In this document: piece by piece, positions 37,523 to 47,238 of the stretch
Position numbering within the stretch: the stretch's first letter is position 1
Layout of the letters: each line of letters opens with the position of its first letter
Source of the DNA: an uncultured Pseudomonadota bacterium
GTDB taxonomy: Bacteria; Pseudomonadota; Alphaproteobacteria; UBA3830
Assembly (NCBI GenBank): GCA_902771535.1
Contig: CACXWU010000003.1
Location: 20,813-84,812, forward strand
Direction: 5' to 3'
DNA length: 64,000 nucleotides
The notes under the pieces: generated by a model
Told to the model about the DNA's origin: nothing
Databases searched by the model: none
Seen by the model: only the letters and a program-made list of their open reading frames with translations
Made by a program: the position numbers and the translations under genes

Positions 37523-39217
37523 CTATGCCCCCCGAATGTCCTGCAACTTTTTTCCGCTGAGATGATTGTTGATAATTTCATCCAAAAATCTTCCGAAAAT
37601 ATTTTCCAACTCATTTTTCAACGGAATGACCTCCTGAAATTTTTCTCTAGCCAAAATTTCTTCCAGCTCCAAAATTTTTTCTGACGCGATTTTTTGGAAA
37701 TCTTCAGGAATTTCTTTAATTATCGATTTCCAAAATCTGATCGACCTTTCGGTTTCAATTTTTATTGCGATATTGTTCGCTTTAATTTGATCACTCTCTT
37801 TTTCACTGAAAGCTTTTTCCAAAATTTCCATCATATCTTCATCAGATAATCCGGCCGAAGATTCAACGATAACTTCCTGACTGACACCCGTGCTTTTTTC
37901 ATAAGCCTTCACATCCAAAAGGCCATTCACATCTATCGAAAATTCGACAATAACGCGAGCGAGTCCGGCAGGCAATGCGGGAATACCTTTCAGCTCAAAA
38001 TCTGCAAGAGTTCGGCATTCATTCGCCAGCGGACGCTCTCCCTGCAAAACGCGAAACTTCATTCCCGTTTGATTATCTTGATAGGTGGTATATTCCCTCC
38101 GTTCGGTTATCGGAATAGGCGTATTGCGATGAATAACTTTGTCGACACCACCACCGAAAGTCTCGATTCCAAGGGTTAGTGGCACGACATCAATCAGCAA
38201 CATTCCGTCTTTTTCGACAATCGAATTTGCTTGGATCGCCGCGCCAAAAGAAACCGCTTTTTCGGGACTGATATCATCGAAAATCTTTGTTTTGAAATTT
38301 TCCGCAACAAAACTTTTTATAAAATCGAGTTTGGTCATTCCTCCAACCAAAACAATTCCGTCGAGATCTTCCGAAGAAATTTCCGCATCTTCCAAAACCT
38401 GAGAAGAAATCAAAAAAGTTTTCTCAAATATTTCCTTCAGATATTTTTTTGCATTCTCGCGAGTCAATTCAAACTTGTAAATTTTATCCCGAACCGCAAA
38501 ATCTTTTTTCACCAATTCTTGATCGCCTAAATTTTCTTTCAAAAATTTTGCAACTCGCTTTCCCAACATTTTTTCATTAAGTGTCGGATCCGCAATACCA
38601 TTTCTTCGAAAATTGTCCTCGAGAATTTTTTCATCTGCATCGTCGCCGCCCAGATTATTATCCCCGCCTGTCGCCAAAACCTGAAAAATTCCATCAGATA
38701 ACCTCAACACGGAAAAATCGAAAGTCCCACCGCCCAAATCATAAACTGCGAAAATTCCATTTTTCCTTTTGTCCAAACCGAAAGCGATTGCCGCCGCCGT
38801 CGGCTCGTTAATTAAACGCAAAACTTTTATCCCTGCAATCGACGCAGCCTGTTTGGTTGCTGTTCTTTGCGCATCGGAAAAATGAGCGGGAACGGTAATC
38901 ACTGCCGCGTCGATTTTCCTTCCCAATTTCATCTCTGCAGATAATTTTATATAAGAGAGAATGTCAGAAGAAATCTCCGCCGGACTGCGACCGAAAATTT
39001 TCTCATTACTTCCCATACGACGTTTTACGGAAAAAATCGTATTCGCGCTGTCCGCCCTGTAAATCGCTTCACTACCGACAATCGGGCGATTTTCCGAATA
39101 ATTTACCACCGACGGAACCGTTACGCCACCGTCTATTTGAATCGCTTCCGGTGTACCGTCCTTCAAATACGATATCACCGAAGCGGTCGTCCCCAAATCA
39201 ATTCCTACCGTAAACAT
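37523..39217 (-). CDS. hscA: Fe-S cluster assembly chaperone HscA (Hsp70 family)
   Basis: 564-aa ORF with GIDLGTTASV, DLGGGTFD and VLVGGMTK, lying between hscB and fdx. Confidence 0.9.
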   Translation of the reverse strand: MFTVGIDLGTTASVISYLKDGTPEAIQIDGGVTVPSVVNYSENRPIVGSEAIYRADSANTIFSVKRRMGSNEKIFGRSPAEISSDILSYIKLSAEMKLGRKIDAAVITVPAHFSDAQRTATKQAASIAGIKVLRLINEPTAAAIAFGLDKRKNGIFAVYDLGGGTFDFSVLRLSDGIFQVLATGGDNNLGGDDADEKILEDNFRRNGIADPTLNEKMLGKRVAKFLKENLGDQELVKKDFAVRDKIYKFELTRENAKKYLKEIFEKTFLISSQVLEDAEISSEDLDGIVLVGGMTKLDFIKSFVAENFKTKIFDDISPEKAVSFGAAIQANSIVEKDGMLLIDVVPLTLGIETFGGGVDKVIHRNTPIPITERREYTTYQDNQTGMKFRVLQGERPLANECRTLADFELKGIPALPAGLARVIVEFSIDVNGLLDVKAYEKSTGVSQEVIVESSAGLSDEDMMEILEKAFSEKESDQIKANNIAIKIETERSIRFWKSIIKEIPEDFQKIASEKILELEEILAREKFQEVIPLKNELENIFGRFLDEIINNHLSGKKLQDIRGA

Positions 39218-39635
39218 TTGCTCTTTCTTTTTCTAAAAATGAATTCAAAAATTTTAACTCACTGAAGATTTCGGAAAATTTTTCCAAATCATCCTCATTT
39301 TCTTTCAGCATCGAAACCTGTTCTTTTATCTTCTTTTTGATCTGATTTTGAAACGCGATCTTATCCTCGTCATTTTCCAACGCCGCATACTTTTCTCGCA
39401 TTTCGAACATCTTTACGGACAGCTCCGCTGACATCGTTTCCGTGGAAACATTTTTCAAATTCAAAAAATATTCCGCCCTTCTGACATCGTTTTTCAGGAC
39501 ATTGTAAGCCTCGTTCAATACCCCTGAATCAACTGAATTTTCCGAACTCCGCTGCAGAGAAAAATAATTCCGCGTCATCAAATCGACATCGATATTGTAC
39601 GCAATCGGAAGTCTCAAAATTTCAAAATAATTCAT
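39198..39635 (-). CDS. hscB: Fe-S cluster co-chaperone HscB (J-type)
   Basis: The start MNYFEILRLP at 39635 lies just after the iscA stop; the track start at 39716 overlaps iscA. It has a degenerate J-domain and a helical C-domain. Its position in the operon supports the call. Confidence 0.75.
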   Translation of the reverse strand: MNYFEILRLPIAYNIDVDLMTRNYFSLQRSSENSVDSGVLNEAYNVLKNDVRRAEYFLNLKNVSTETMSAELSVKMFEMREKYAALENDEDKIAFQNQIKKKIKEQVSMLKENEDDLEKFSEIFSELKFLNSFLEKERANVYGRN

Positions 39636-39636
39636 A

Positions 39637-39999
39637 TCATGAACAACAATTTCCGCTACAACATGGTGATGAATCGACGCTGAAAGATTTTCCGCAACCG
39701 CATTTTGTTTTGGCATTCGGATTTTGAAAAACCAAACTTCCGCCCATCGGACTTTTCACGTAGTCCATAGTCATCCCGGAAATAAACATCACGGCTTTCG
39801 GCGCTACAAAAATCTTTACGCCGTTTTCTTCAACCAAAAGATCTTCATCTTTTTTTTCATTCACGAAGTTCAACTCATATGTCATGCCGCTGCATCCACC
39901 TGAAACAATGTTAATTCTCATGCCTAAACACTTTTCTTCAGCAATCGACTTTTTCAAAAAATCCAATGCGCTTTTCGTGAAACTTATTATTTTTTGCAT
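39637..39999 (-). CDS. iscA: Iron-sulfur cluster insertion protein IscA/HesB family
   Basis: 120-aa ORF with GGCSGMTY...CGCGKSF motifs and a short Cys-rich C-terminal tail. Confidence 0.85.
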   Translation of the reverse strand: MQKIISFTKSALDFLKKSIAEEKCLGMRINIVSGGCSGMTYELNFVNEKKDEDLLVEENGVKIFVAPKAVMFISGMTMDYVKSPMGGSLVFQNPNAKTKCGCGKSFSVDSSPCCSGNCCS

Positions 40000-40385
40000 A
40001 TCTTCTCTCCTTTTTTGGATAAGTAATTTTCAATCGCCTTTTCAATTGCTTCCTCCGCCAAAACTGAGCAGTGAGCCTTTACCGGAGGCAGCGACAAATA
40101 TTCCGCGACGTCCTGATTTTTTATTTTTTTCGCCTCATCCAGAGTTTTACCCTGAACCCAATCGGTAATCAATGCACTCGACGCGATCGCCGCACCGCAC
40201 CCAAAAGTTTTAAACTTCGCGTCGGCAATCTTTCCTTCGTCATCGACTTTTATCTGCAGCTTTATGACGTCACCGCAACTCGGCGCGCCCACGACCGAAG
40301 TTCCGACATTTTCATCTTTCTCATCCAAACTTCCGACATTTTTCGGATTCGAATAAAGCTCCATCAATTTCTCTGAATACTTCAC
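39987..40385 (-). CDS. iscU: Fe-S cluster scaffold IscU
   Basis: 132-aa ORF with GAPSCGDVIKLQI, KTFGCGAAIASSS-like FGCGAAIASSA and LPPVKAHCSVLA. Confidence 0.95.
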   Translation of the reverse strand: MKYSEKLMELYSNPKNVGSLDEKDENVGTSVVGAPSCGDVIKLQIKVDDEGKIADAKFKTFGCGAAIASSALITDWVQGKTLDEAKKIKNQDVAEYLSLPPVKAHCSVLAEEAIEKAIENYLSKKGEKICKK

Positions 40386-40397
40386 AATTTTCTCCCT

Positions 40398-41546
40398 TTA
40401 CCAAAGTGGGCTCATGCTGCGCAATCGAGTAACTGTCTCTATGATTTTATCGGACACATACTCGACTTCGTCAAAAGTCGTAAACCGCCCCAAGCCAATT
40501 CGCAAAGAGCAATGAGCCAAATCTTCACGAATTGAAATTGCCTTCAAAACATAGGACGGCTCAAGAGATGCCGAAGTACACGCAGAACCCGAAGAAACGC
40601 AAACCTCGGGCATACCTAACATTATACTTTCGCCCTCAACTCCTTCAAAACTAAAATTCAAACAGCCCGGAATTCTTCTTTCACGATCTCCGTTCAGATA
40701 GACCTTCTCAAGACGCGACAAAATCTTGTCAATGAAATAATTTTTCATCTCGGTCAGTCGCCGCGATTCCTGAACCATTTCGTTTTTTGCAATTTCGCAG
40801 GCCTTCCCGAGACCGACGCACAGTGGAACGGGCAAAGTTCCCGAACGGATTCCTCTTTCCTGCCCACCTCCGGAAAACAGCGGAGTCAAACGAATTCTTG
40901 GTTTGATACGAACATACAACGCCCCGACTCCTTTCGGTCCGTAAATTTTATGCCCGGAAATACTCATCAAATCAACGTCGCCCGCATCGACTTCAACCTT
41001 TCCCACCGCCTGGGCAGCATCCGTGTGGAACAAAATTCCATGCTCTCGACAAAGCTTACTGATCTCCTTTATCGGCTGAATCGTCCCAATCTCGTTGTTG
41101 ACTGACATAATCGAAACCAAAATCGTATTGTCATCAATCTCTTTCTTCAAAAAATCCATATCGACAATACCGTTGCCCAGAACGGGAGCAAACACCACCT
41201 GATAACCCTCCGACTGAAGTGAACGACAAGTTTCCAAAACGCACTTATGCTCGATCGTCGAAGTTATAACTTTCTTTCTATCGCTTTTATAATAATGTAC
41301 GGCGCCTTTGATCGCCAAATTGTTGGACTCAGTCGCACCTGAAGTAAAAATAATTTCACGAAGATCATTTGCTTTTATGAGATCGGCTATTTTTTTTCGA
41401 GCAACATCCACGGCACCGTTCGCCTCAAGCCCCATACCATGTCCCGAATGAGGATTCCCGAACTTTTCCGTAAAATATGGAAGCATCTCCTCGACAACCC
41501 TCTTATCACAGGGAGTTGTCGCCTGATAATCCATGTAAATATTCAT
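40398..41546 (-). CDS. iscS: Cysteine desulfurase (IscS/NifS class)
   Basis: 382-aa ORF with the PLP lysine motif [15 protein letters not shown] and the active-site loop SSGSACTS. Confidence 0.9.
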   Translation of the reverse strand: MNIYMDYQATTPCDKRVVEEMLPYFTEKFGNPHSGHGMGLEANGAVDVARKKIADLIKANDLREIIFTSGATESNNLAIKGAVHYYKSDRKKVITSTIEHKCVLETCRSLQSEGYQVVFAPVLGNGIVDMDFLKKEIDDNTILVSIMSVNNEIGTIQPIKEISKLCREHGILFHTDAAQAVGKVEVDAGDVDLMSISGHKIYGPKGVGALYVRIKPRIRLTPLFSGGGQERGIRSGTLPVPLCVGLGKACEIAKNEMVQESRRLTEMKNYFIDKILSRLEKVYLNGDRERRIPGCLNFSFEGVEGESIMLGMPEVCVSSGSACTSASLEPSYVLKAISIREDLAHCSLRIGLGRFTTFDEVEYVSDKIIETVTRLRSMSPLW

Positions 41547-41914
41547 ACTAACACCTTTCTTTTATATTGTATGACAACACTATAGTGACTTGCAATATTA
41601 TTTATGCTTGTTTTCGTATTTCGATTTTTAACATTTTTTATTGATAAACTTATTGAAATCGCACAACTTTTAGTATATATCTACACCGATTTAAAGCGGC
41701 CCAAAATTATTCAGTAACCCATTATTTATCTTAAATAAAATCTAATTGTTAGTATAATTTTCGAGACTTATCATTAAAAATTGCCCTACAATTTATGGTT
41801 GTAATTCTTTATTTATCAATGCATTTATACCAGATTGAAAAAGAAATTCCCCCATCATATTCTTTAAAAAAATTCCATTTCATGCTAGAACTAAGACTGC
41901 ATGGGGGTGTTGTT

Positions 41915-42310
41915 ATGGAATATGGTCCGGGAGTTATAAACTTAGATTCTTTTATCGGACAAAAAGTTAAACTACGGCGTTCTTCATTGGGCATAACCCA
42001 GGTAGAACTCGGTGAAAAGTTAGGGGTATCGTTTCAGCAAATTCAGAAGTATGAAAACGGTAAAAACAGAATCAGTGCCAGCACTTTATTCCAAATTTCA
42101 ACAATTTTGGGTGTAAGTTTTTCATACTTCGTGAACGGTTACGCCAAAGGGGCCGCGTTGCGTGACAATGAAGATGTATCGTACCAAGTTCACGACGATA
42201 GAGAATCGATTTTGTTGCTCAATTATTTTTCAAAAATTGAAGATCCTGACTTAAGAAGGCAGATTTTGGACTTGGTCGAGAAAATAGCGTCCCTTTCGGA
42301 AAATAATTAG
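41915..42310 (+). CDS. XRE-family HTH transcriptional regulator
   Basis: IGQKVKLRRSSLGITQVELGEKLGVSFQQIQKYENGKNRISASTLFQIS is a classic HTH_3 domain. The start is chosen at ATG 41915; the track start at 41795 is an AT-rich extension. Confidence 0.8.
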   Translation: MEYGPGVINLDSFIGQKVKLRRSSLGITQVELGEKLGVSFQQIQKYENGKNRISASTLFQISTILGVSFSYFVNGYAKGAALRDNEDVSYQVHDDRESILLLNYFSKIEDPDLRRQILDLVEKIASLSENN

Positions 42311-42358
42311 CTTTACCAGCCCAAAAATTGTGTGATAGTATGATCTTCGGAGTGGTTC

Positions 42359-43117
42359 GTGAAAATACATTTTGTCTATTCTTCTAACGCAAAATCCCGG
42401 AGCGCCTATGAGGCGATGATGGAAATCTACGGGCAGTGTCCGATCTACGAAGCAGATTGTGTTGTTGTTCTGTCCGGAGATGGAATGATCCTCAGAGCGT
42501 TTCATGAAAATTATCAGCATAACTTACCGATTTACGGAATGAATCGTGGTGAGTTAGGATTTCTTACAAACAAATACCAAAAAGAGAATTTGGTTCAAAG
42601 AATAAAAAATGCTGTGCCGTTAAAATTTCACCCTCTTCGAGCATTGGTGAAAAAGAAAAACGGAGAAACACACTCCGCGATTGCCGTCAACGAGGTATAC
42701 ATGCTCAGAGAAACCCATCAGTCGGCTAAATTGCAAGTAAAAATCGACGAAGTAGTTCGATTGGAAGAATTGGTATGTGATGGACTGATAACGTCCTCTG
42801 CCCTGGGTAGCACCGCGTATAATTATTCAGCTGGTGGGCCTATTATTCCTTCGGGGGCAGCATTGATGACTCTGACACCAATTAGTTCATTTCGTCCGAG
42901 GTGCTGGCGAGGCGCATTACTTCCGGAAGAAACTTGCGTCGAACTGAAAGTTTTACACCCCGACTCCAGGCCGGTCTGCGCAGTCGCCGACTACGTGGAA
43001 TTCCGAAATGCCGTAAGTGTAAAAATTGTAAGAGATAAATCGCTAACTTTTTCTCTTTTGTTGGATCCCGACAACACTCTGAAGAAGAAGATTCTCGAAG
43101 AGCAGTTTGCCACTTGA
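42359..43117 (+). CDS. nadK: NAD kinase
   Basis: 252-aa ORF with VVVLSGDGMILRA (GGDG-type), NRGELGFL and the DGLITSSALGSTAYNYSAGGPI motif. GTG start. Confidence 0.9.
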   Translation: MKIHFVYSSNAKSRSAYEAMMEIYGQCPIYEADCVVVLSGDGMILRAFHENYQHNLPIYGMNRGELGFLTNKYQKENLVQRIKNAVPLKFHPLRALVKKKNGETHSAIAVNEVYMLRETHQSAKLQVKIDEVVRLEELVCDGLITSSALGSTAYNYSAGGPIIPSGAALMTLTPISSFRPRCWRGALLPEETCVELKVLHPDSRPVCAVADYVEFRNAVSVKIVRDKSLTFSLLLDPDNTLKKKILEEQFAT

Positions 43118-43165
43118 GTTTTTCGTAACGCATGGTATAATTTCCCCGTTTTATTGGAGTTTAAT

Positions 43166-43333
43166 ATGGCTAAATCAGCAACGATGCTTGTGAAGATGCT
43201 TAGCACTGCGGATACGGGCTTTTTTTATGTAAAGAAGAGAAATCCGAGAAAACAGCCGGAGAAAATGGAAATGAGAAAATACGATCCGGTGGTACGTAAG
43301 CACGTCCTCTTCAAAGAAGCAAAAATAAAATAA
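43166..43333 (+). CDS. rpmG: 50S ribosomal protein L33
   Basis: My translation is [55 protein letters not shown] (55 aa), the typical L33. It is too short for the ORF track. Confidence 0.9.
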   Translation: MAKSATMLVKMLSTADTGFFYVKKRNPRKQPEKMEMRKYDPVVRKHVLFKEAKIK

Positions 43334-43358
43334 GTTTTTCTTTCAGGATTTGTATAAG

Positions 43359-43382
43359 CCCGGCCGTTAGCCGGGTTTTTTG
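43359..43382 (+). terminator. Rho-independent terminator after rpmG
   Basis: Stem cccggc / gccggg with a 5-nt loop, followed by tttttt. Confidence 0.75.
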
Positions 43383-43462
43383 TTCAGTGAGCAAGCTGTA
43401 CCATGGTTTTTTGAATGAAGCTGATGAAATCGGCATACGGAGCAGCTCAAGCGAGGGATGAG

Positions 43463-44833
43463 CTACATAAAAAACCGTCTTCCTTTATCTCTTTTCTTCT
43501 CGAAATCAACATCAGAGCATCTGTAGTTTCCTCTTCCGAATTTCGGACAATCTAGAGGAAATAATTTTTCGAATAATTTGAATAAAAAGAGTCCATATAA
43601 ATCACGATTTGTTTTTAAAAATTTCTTCGAAATTTTTGTAGATTCTTTTTTATCTAATCTTTTTCCGTTCACGATGATACCTGATTTCGGCATTGCATAT
43701 GCCGGTCTTATGTAATTGTATCGGCTTGACGTATAGGATGACTCATTTACAAAAGGATCTAATCCTTGTTTTGTTAATCCATACATCGTTCGAAGTATTT
43801 TATCATTTTTGAAAATCAAGATACTTAATCGTTTCCTCAATATCGAAAAAGGACCCACTCCGTCCACATTACCTTCAAAATAATTTTGATCATCTCTTTT
43901 TTCGATTACCTGAGTACCATCAGTATCCGTTCCTTCAACATGCATTGCGTATATTATTTGATATATTAGGCTCGCTTCTTTGGGAATAATCCCCTTTTTC
44001 AATATAAAATCTTTAGCCCCGGACTTTGTTTTATGCAATTTCATAATTAATCCCGTTTGGTCCGTATTAAACCACTCCGGTGAAAACATTATAAATCTAT
44101 TTTCTCTGCAACATTCTGAATATCCATTAAATTCCGATCGCCCTATTCTTCTTGCTTGTTTCCACACATAACTTCCAGGGGTATAAGCCAGATTTATCTT
44201 CGGATCATCTTGCGGTATAAACTTTATTCTCGGCAGTCCTCTCTGACCTGCTTCGTATTTTGCTATCGACACCCGTAATATTTCGCATCCCACCGGATCT
44301 TCAACAATTCTCTGTATATATCTCTCAAACTCGCACTTCATCCATTCTTCAAAATCCAAAGGTTTTATGTTACGCAATAGACCTGTTCTCGGATGCACCT
44401 CCAATCCATTGTTTCCGTCCTTTTCATTGAAAAACATTATCCCACCTGAACCGTGGTTTATAGATGTTCGTGTTTCCTTGTCTATAAAAACTAAGTTTTC
44501 TCCATCATCAAACTTACCTGAATATATTCCTGTTAACCTTTTTTCTTTTATTCTGAAAGAAAAATCACAACAGCTTGATATAAAATTTTCAATTAATTCC
44601 CTCTGGTTTTCTTCTAATCTCTTATTTTCATCCCATGTTAGTTTATAACAAAGCTCTTCTTCCTTTGATAACGCAGATACTTTCGGCCATTCTGATAAAG
44701 GTTGATTTATCTCAAATGTTTTATTTTGTTGCTCGCTAATTTCTGACATCCCCAATGCTGACATACTTACAGAACTGATAAATAACGATGCGCATAATAT
44801 TCCGCATATCCTTCTGTTTTTTTGCACTTTCAA
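43463..44833 (-). CDS. Secreted hypothetical protein (orphan)
   Basis: 456-aa ORF with a TTG or GTG start behind aggaga. The N-terminal signal-like segment is RRICGILCASLFISSVSMSALG. No domain was recognised by eye. Confidence 0.6.
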   Translation of the reverse strand: MKVQKNRRICGILCASLFISSVSMSALGMSEISEQQNKTFEINQPLSEWPKVSALSKEEELCYKLTWDENKRLEENQRELIENFISSCCDFSFRIKEKRLTGIYSGKFDDGENLVFIDKETRTSINHGSGGIMFFNEKDGNNGLEVHPRTGLLRNIKPLDFEEWMKCEFERYIQRIVEDPVGCEILRVSIAKYEAGQRGLPRIKFIPQDDPKINLAYTPGSYVWKQARRIGRSEFNGYSECCRENRFIMFSPEWFNTDQTGLIMKLHKTKSGAKDFILKKGIIPKEASLIYQIIYAMHVEGTDTDGTQVIEKRDDQNYFEGNVDGVGPFSILRKRLSILIFKNDKILRTMYGLTKQGLDPFVNESSYTSSRYNYIRPAYAMPKSGIIVNGKRLDKKESTKISKKFLKTNRDLYGLFLFKLFEKLFPLDCPKFGRGNYRCSDVDFEKKRDKGRRFFM

Positions 44834-44983
44834 AATTTTCTCCTTCTCATAAAAACTAAAATCGGAACAGTTTACTAAAAAATTATAATATTTTTAATAA
44901 AAATCACCCTAAAATTGCATAAATAATTATCAAAAATCTTGCTTGACTACGAAAACAACTAATCACTTGAAAAACTTTGTGTA

Positions 44984-45021
44984 AAAAATAAAAAACCCCC
45001 GACTCAATTCAGAGCCAGGGG
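44984..45021 (-). terminator. Rho-independent terminator after fabI
   Basis: The minus strand reads cccctggctc tgaatt gagtcgggg, a 9-bp stem with G-U pairs. It is followed by gtttttatttttt. Confidence 0.65.
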
Positions 45022-45051
45022 AACATTATGCTGAAATCGTTTATTTATAAA

Positions 45052-45858
45052 TTAAGCCTTTGAAATATCCGGAGCGTCTACCGCTTTCATACCCACCACG
45101 TGATAACCAGAATCGGCATGCACTACCTCACCTGTAACCCCGCTGGACAATCGGCTAAGTAAATACACTCCTGTACCACCAACATCTTCCAGGGTTGTAT
45201 TTCTCTTTAAAGGAGAGTTATATTGATTCCATTTCAAAATATATCTGAAGTCATCAATTCCATTCGCTGCCAAAGTTTTCACGGGACCAGCGGAAAGTCC
45301 GTTAACTCGAATTCCTCTGTCTCCGAAATCCACCGCCAAATAGCGAATACTGGCTTCCAAAGCCGCCTTAGCGACACCCATAACATTGTAATTCGGAAGA
45401 ACCCTTTCGGATCCGATATAGGTCAAAGTCAGAATCGACGCATTATCCGCCAGATATTTATCCGCATACTGACACACGGCCGTCAGCGAATAACAAGAAA
45501 TGTCCATGGTTTTCAAAAAATTCGCACGAGTCGTCTTTACATACTTACCCATTAACTCATTTCTGTCTGAAAAAGCAATCGCATGGACTATGAAGTCGAT
45601 CTTGCCAAATTTCTGCCCGACTTTTTCGAAAAGAGAAATCAAACTGGAATCATCGGTAACATCACACTCTATCATCTCAACTCCCCCCAGAGAATCCGCC
45701 AAAGGCTTAACTCTCTTGTATAGAACTTCCGACTGATAGCTGAACACCATTTCTGCTCCCTGGTTTGCAAGCTCCTTTGCAATTCCCCAAGCCAAAGAAT
45801 GATCATTGGCAACGCCCATTACGATGCCCTTCTTACCTTCCATTAATTTCATTAACAA
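45052..45858 (-). CDS. fabI: Enoyl-[acyl-carrier-protein] reductase (NADH)
   Basis: 268-aa ORF with GKKGIVMGVANDHSLAWGIA, the Y-x6-K region NYNVMGVAKAALE and SAGPVKTLA. Confidence 0.95.
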   Translation of the reverse strand: MLMKLMEGKKGIVMGVANDHSLAWGIAKELANQGAEMVFSYQSEVLYKRVKPLADSLGGVEMIECDVTDDSSLISLFEKVGQKFGKIDFIVHAIAFSDRNELMGKYVKTTRANFLKTMDISCYSLTAVCQYADKYLADNASILTLTYIGSERVLPNYNVMGVAKAALEASIRYLAVDFGDRGIRVNGLSAGPVKTLAANGIDDFRYILKWNQYNSPLKRNTTLEDVGGTGVYLLSRLSSGVTGEVVHADSGYHVVGMKAVDAPDISKA

Positions 45859-45900
45859 AACTCCACCTTAAACACGCTACAAAACTTTTTAACAACATTA

Positions 45901-46200
45901 CTACAAATCTTCATTAACTTTTCTCTTTAAAATCGGGGAAGCTCGAAAAGAAACCGTCCTTCTGGCCGAAATAACAGCCGGCTCTTTTGTTTTCGGATTC
46001 CTTCCCATACGCTCTTTTTTGTTGTGAACCTTAAAAGTTCCGAATCCCGTAAGCTTCACATCTTCACCATCAACAAGAGCCTCGGAAATTTCCGAAAGAA
46101 CCTCATGAATAAACTCCAAAGCCTCAAATTTTGTAACCTGAAACTCCGCAGTTATAGCATCGGCTATATCCGAGCGCGTTAACGTTTTCACTTTAGTCAT
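45901..46200 (-). CDS. ihfA: Integration host factor subunit alpha
   Basis: 99-aa DNABII protein with LTGFGTFKVHNKKERMGRNPKTKEPAVISARRTVSFRAS. It sits downstream of plsX-fabH, as in other Alphaproteobacteria. Confidence 0.85.
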   Translation of the reverse strand: MTKVKTLTRSDIADAITAEFQVTKFEALEFIHEVLSEISEALVDGEDVKLTGFGTFKVHNKKERMGRNPKTKEPAVISARRTVSFRASPILKRKVNEDL

Positions 46201-46284
46201 CTTTTTCCCTTACACCCTTATCAGAACGAGTCAACATTTTCATTCCAGTCATTTCCATTCTTCACATCTTACAAAATTTATATA

Positions 46285-47238
46285 TTACATTCTTATCAGA
46301 GCGGCTCCCCAAGTAAATCCTGCCCCCATAGACAGTAACACAATATTTTTATTCGTGCTAATCGTATCCTTTATCTCATTCAACGCCAATGGAATAGTTG
46401 CCGCAGAGGTATTGGAATGCTTGTCTATGGTCACCACTACTTTTTTCGAATCTATTTTCAGCACATCTATCAGTTTGTTAATGATTCTGACATTCGCCTG
46501 ATGAGGAACAACCAAATCAATATCGTCGATAGTTAAGTTATTTTGCTCGAGAAGTTCATGAAAAGAATCACAAAATTTTTCAACGGCAAACTTAAAAACT
46601 TCGCGACCTTTCATGGTAACCACACCTGACGCCTGAGTCGTAGCTACACCCCCGCTGGTTATCAAAAAATCCGTGTAACTGCCGTCGGAATAGATCTTAC
46701 AATACTGAACTCCTTTATCGGTATTTTCCTCTGCCTTGAGAACTACTGCCCCCGCCCCATCACCGAACAATACGCAGCTTGCCCTGTCATTCCAATCTAA
46801 AATTTTTGAAAAACTGTCTGCACCTATTACCAGAGCGTGCTTCGCCTTTCTTGTTCTTATGAAAGAGTCCGCAACATCCAGAGCGTAAATAAACCCGCTA
46901 CAGGCTGCGCTCACATCAAATGAAGGACATCCATTGGTAATGTTTAGATTTTTCTGAACCACACACGCAGTTGCCGGAAAAGTATAATCTCCGGTAGTCG
47001 TTCCGACCACGATCAGATCTATATCGTTTGGAGAAACTTTTGCGAAATCTAACGCCTCTTTCGCGGCCTTCGTTGCCAGAGTAGAAGTACTCTCGCCTTC
47101 GCCTATTACATACCTCTGCTTAATTCCCGTTCTTTGAGAAATCCACTCATCGGAAGTATTCAAACTCGCCGGTAGCTCATCATTTTTAATACATTTTTGA
47201 GGCAAAGCTCCGCCAAATCCAACAACAACCGATTTCAT
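46285..47238 (-). CDS. fabH: 3-oxoacyl-ACP synthase III
   Basis: 317-aa ORF with the active-site Cys context AACSGFIYAL, the HQAN motif and GAGFTWGA at the C-terminus. Confidence 0.95.
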   Translation of the reverse strand: MKSVVVGFGGALPQKCIKNDELPASLNTSDEWISQRTGIKQRYVIGEGESTSTLATKAAKEALDFAKVSPNDIDLIVVGTTTGDYTFPATACVVQKNLNITNGCPSFDVSAACSGFIYALDVADSFIRTRKAKHALVIGADSFSKILDWNDRASCVLFGDGAGAVVLKAEENTDKGVQYCKIYSDGSYTDFLITSGGVATTQASGVVTMKGREVFKFAVEKFCDSFHELLEQNNLTIDDIDLVVPHQANVRIINKLIDVLKIDSKKVVVTIDKHSNTSAATIPLALNEIKDTISTNKNIVLLSMGAGFTWGAALIRM

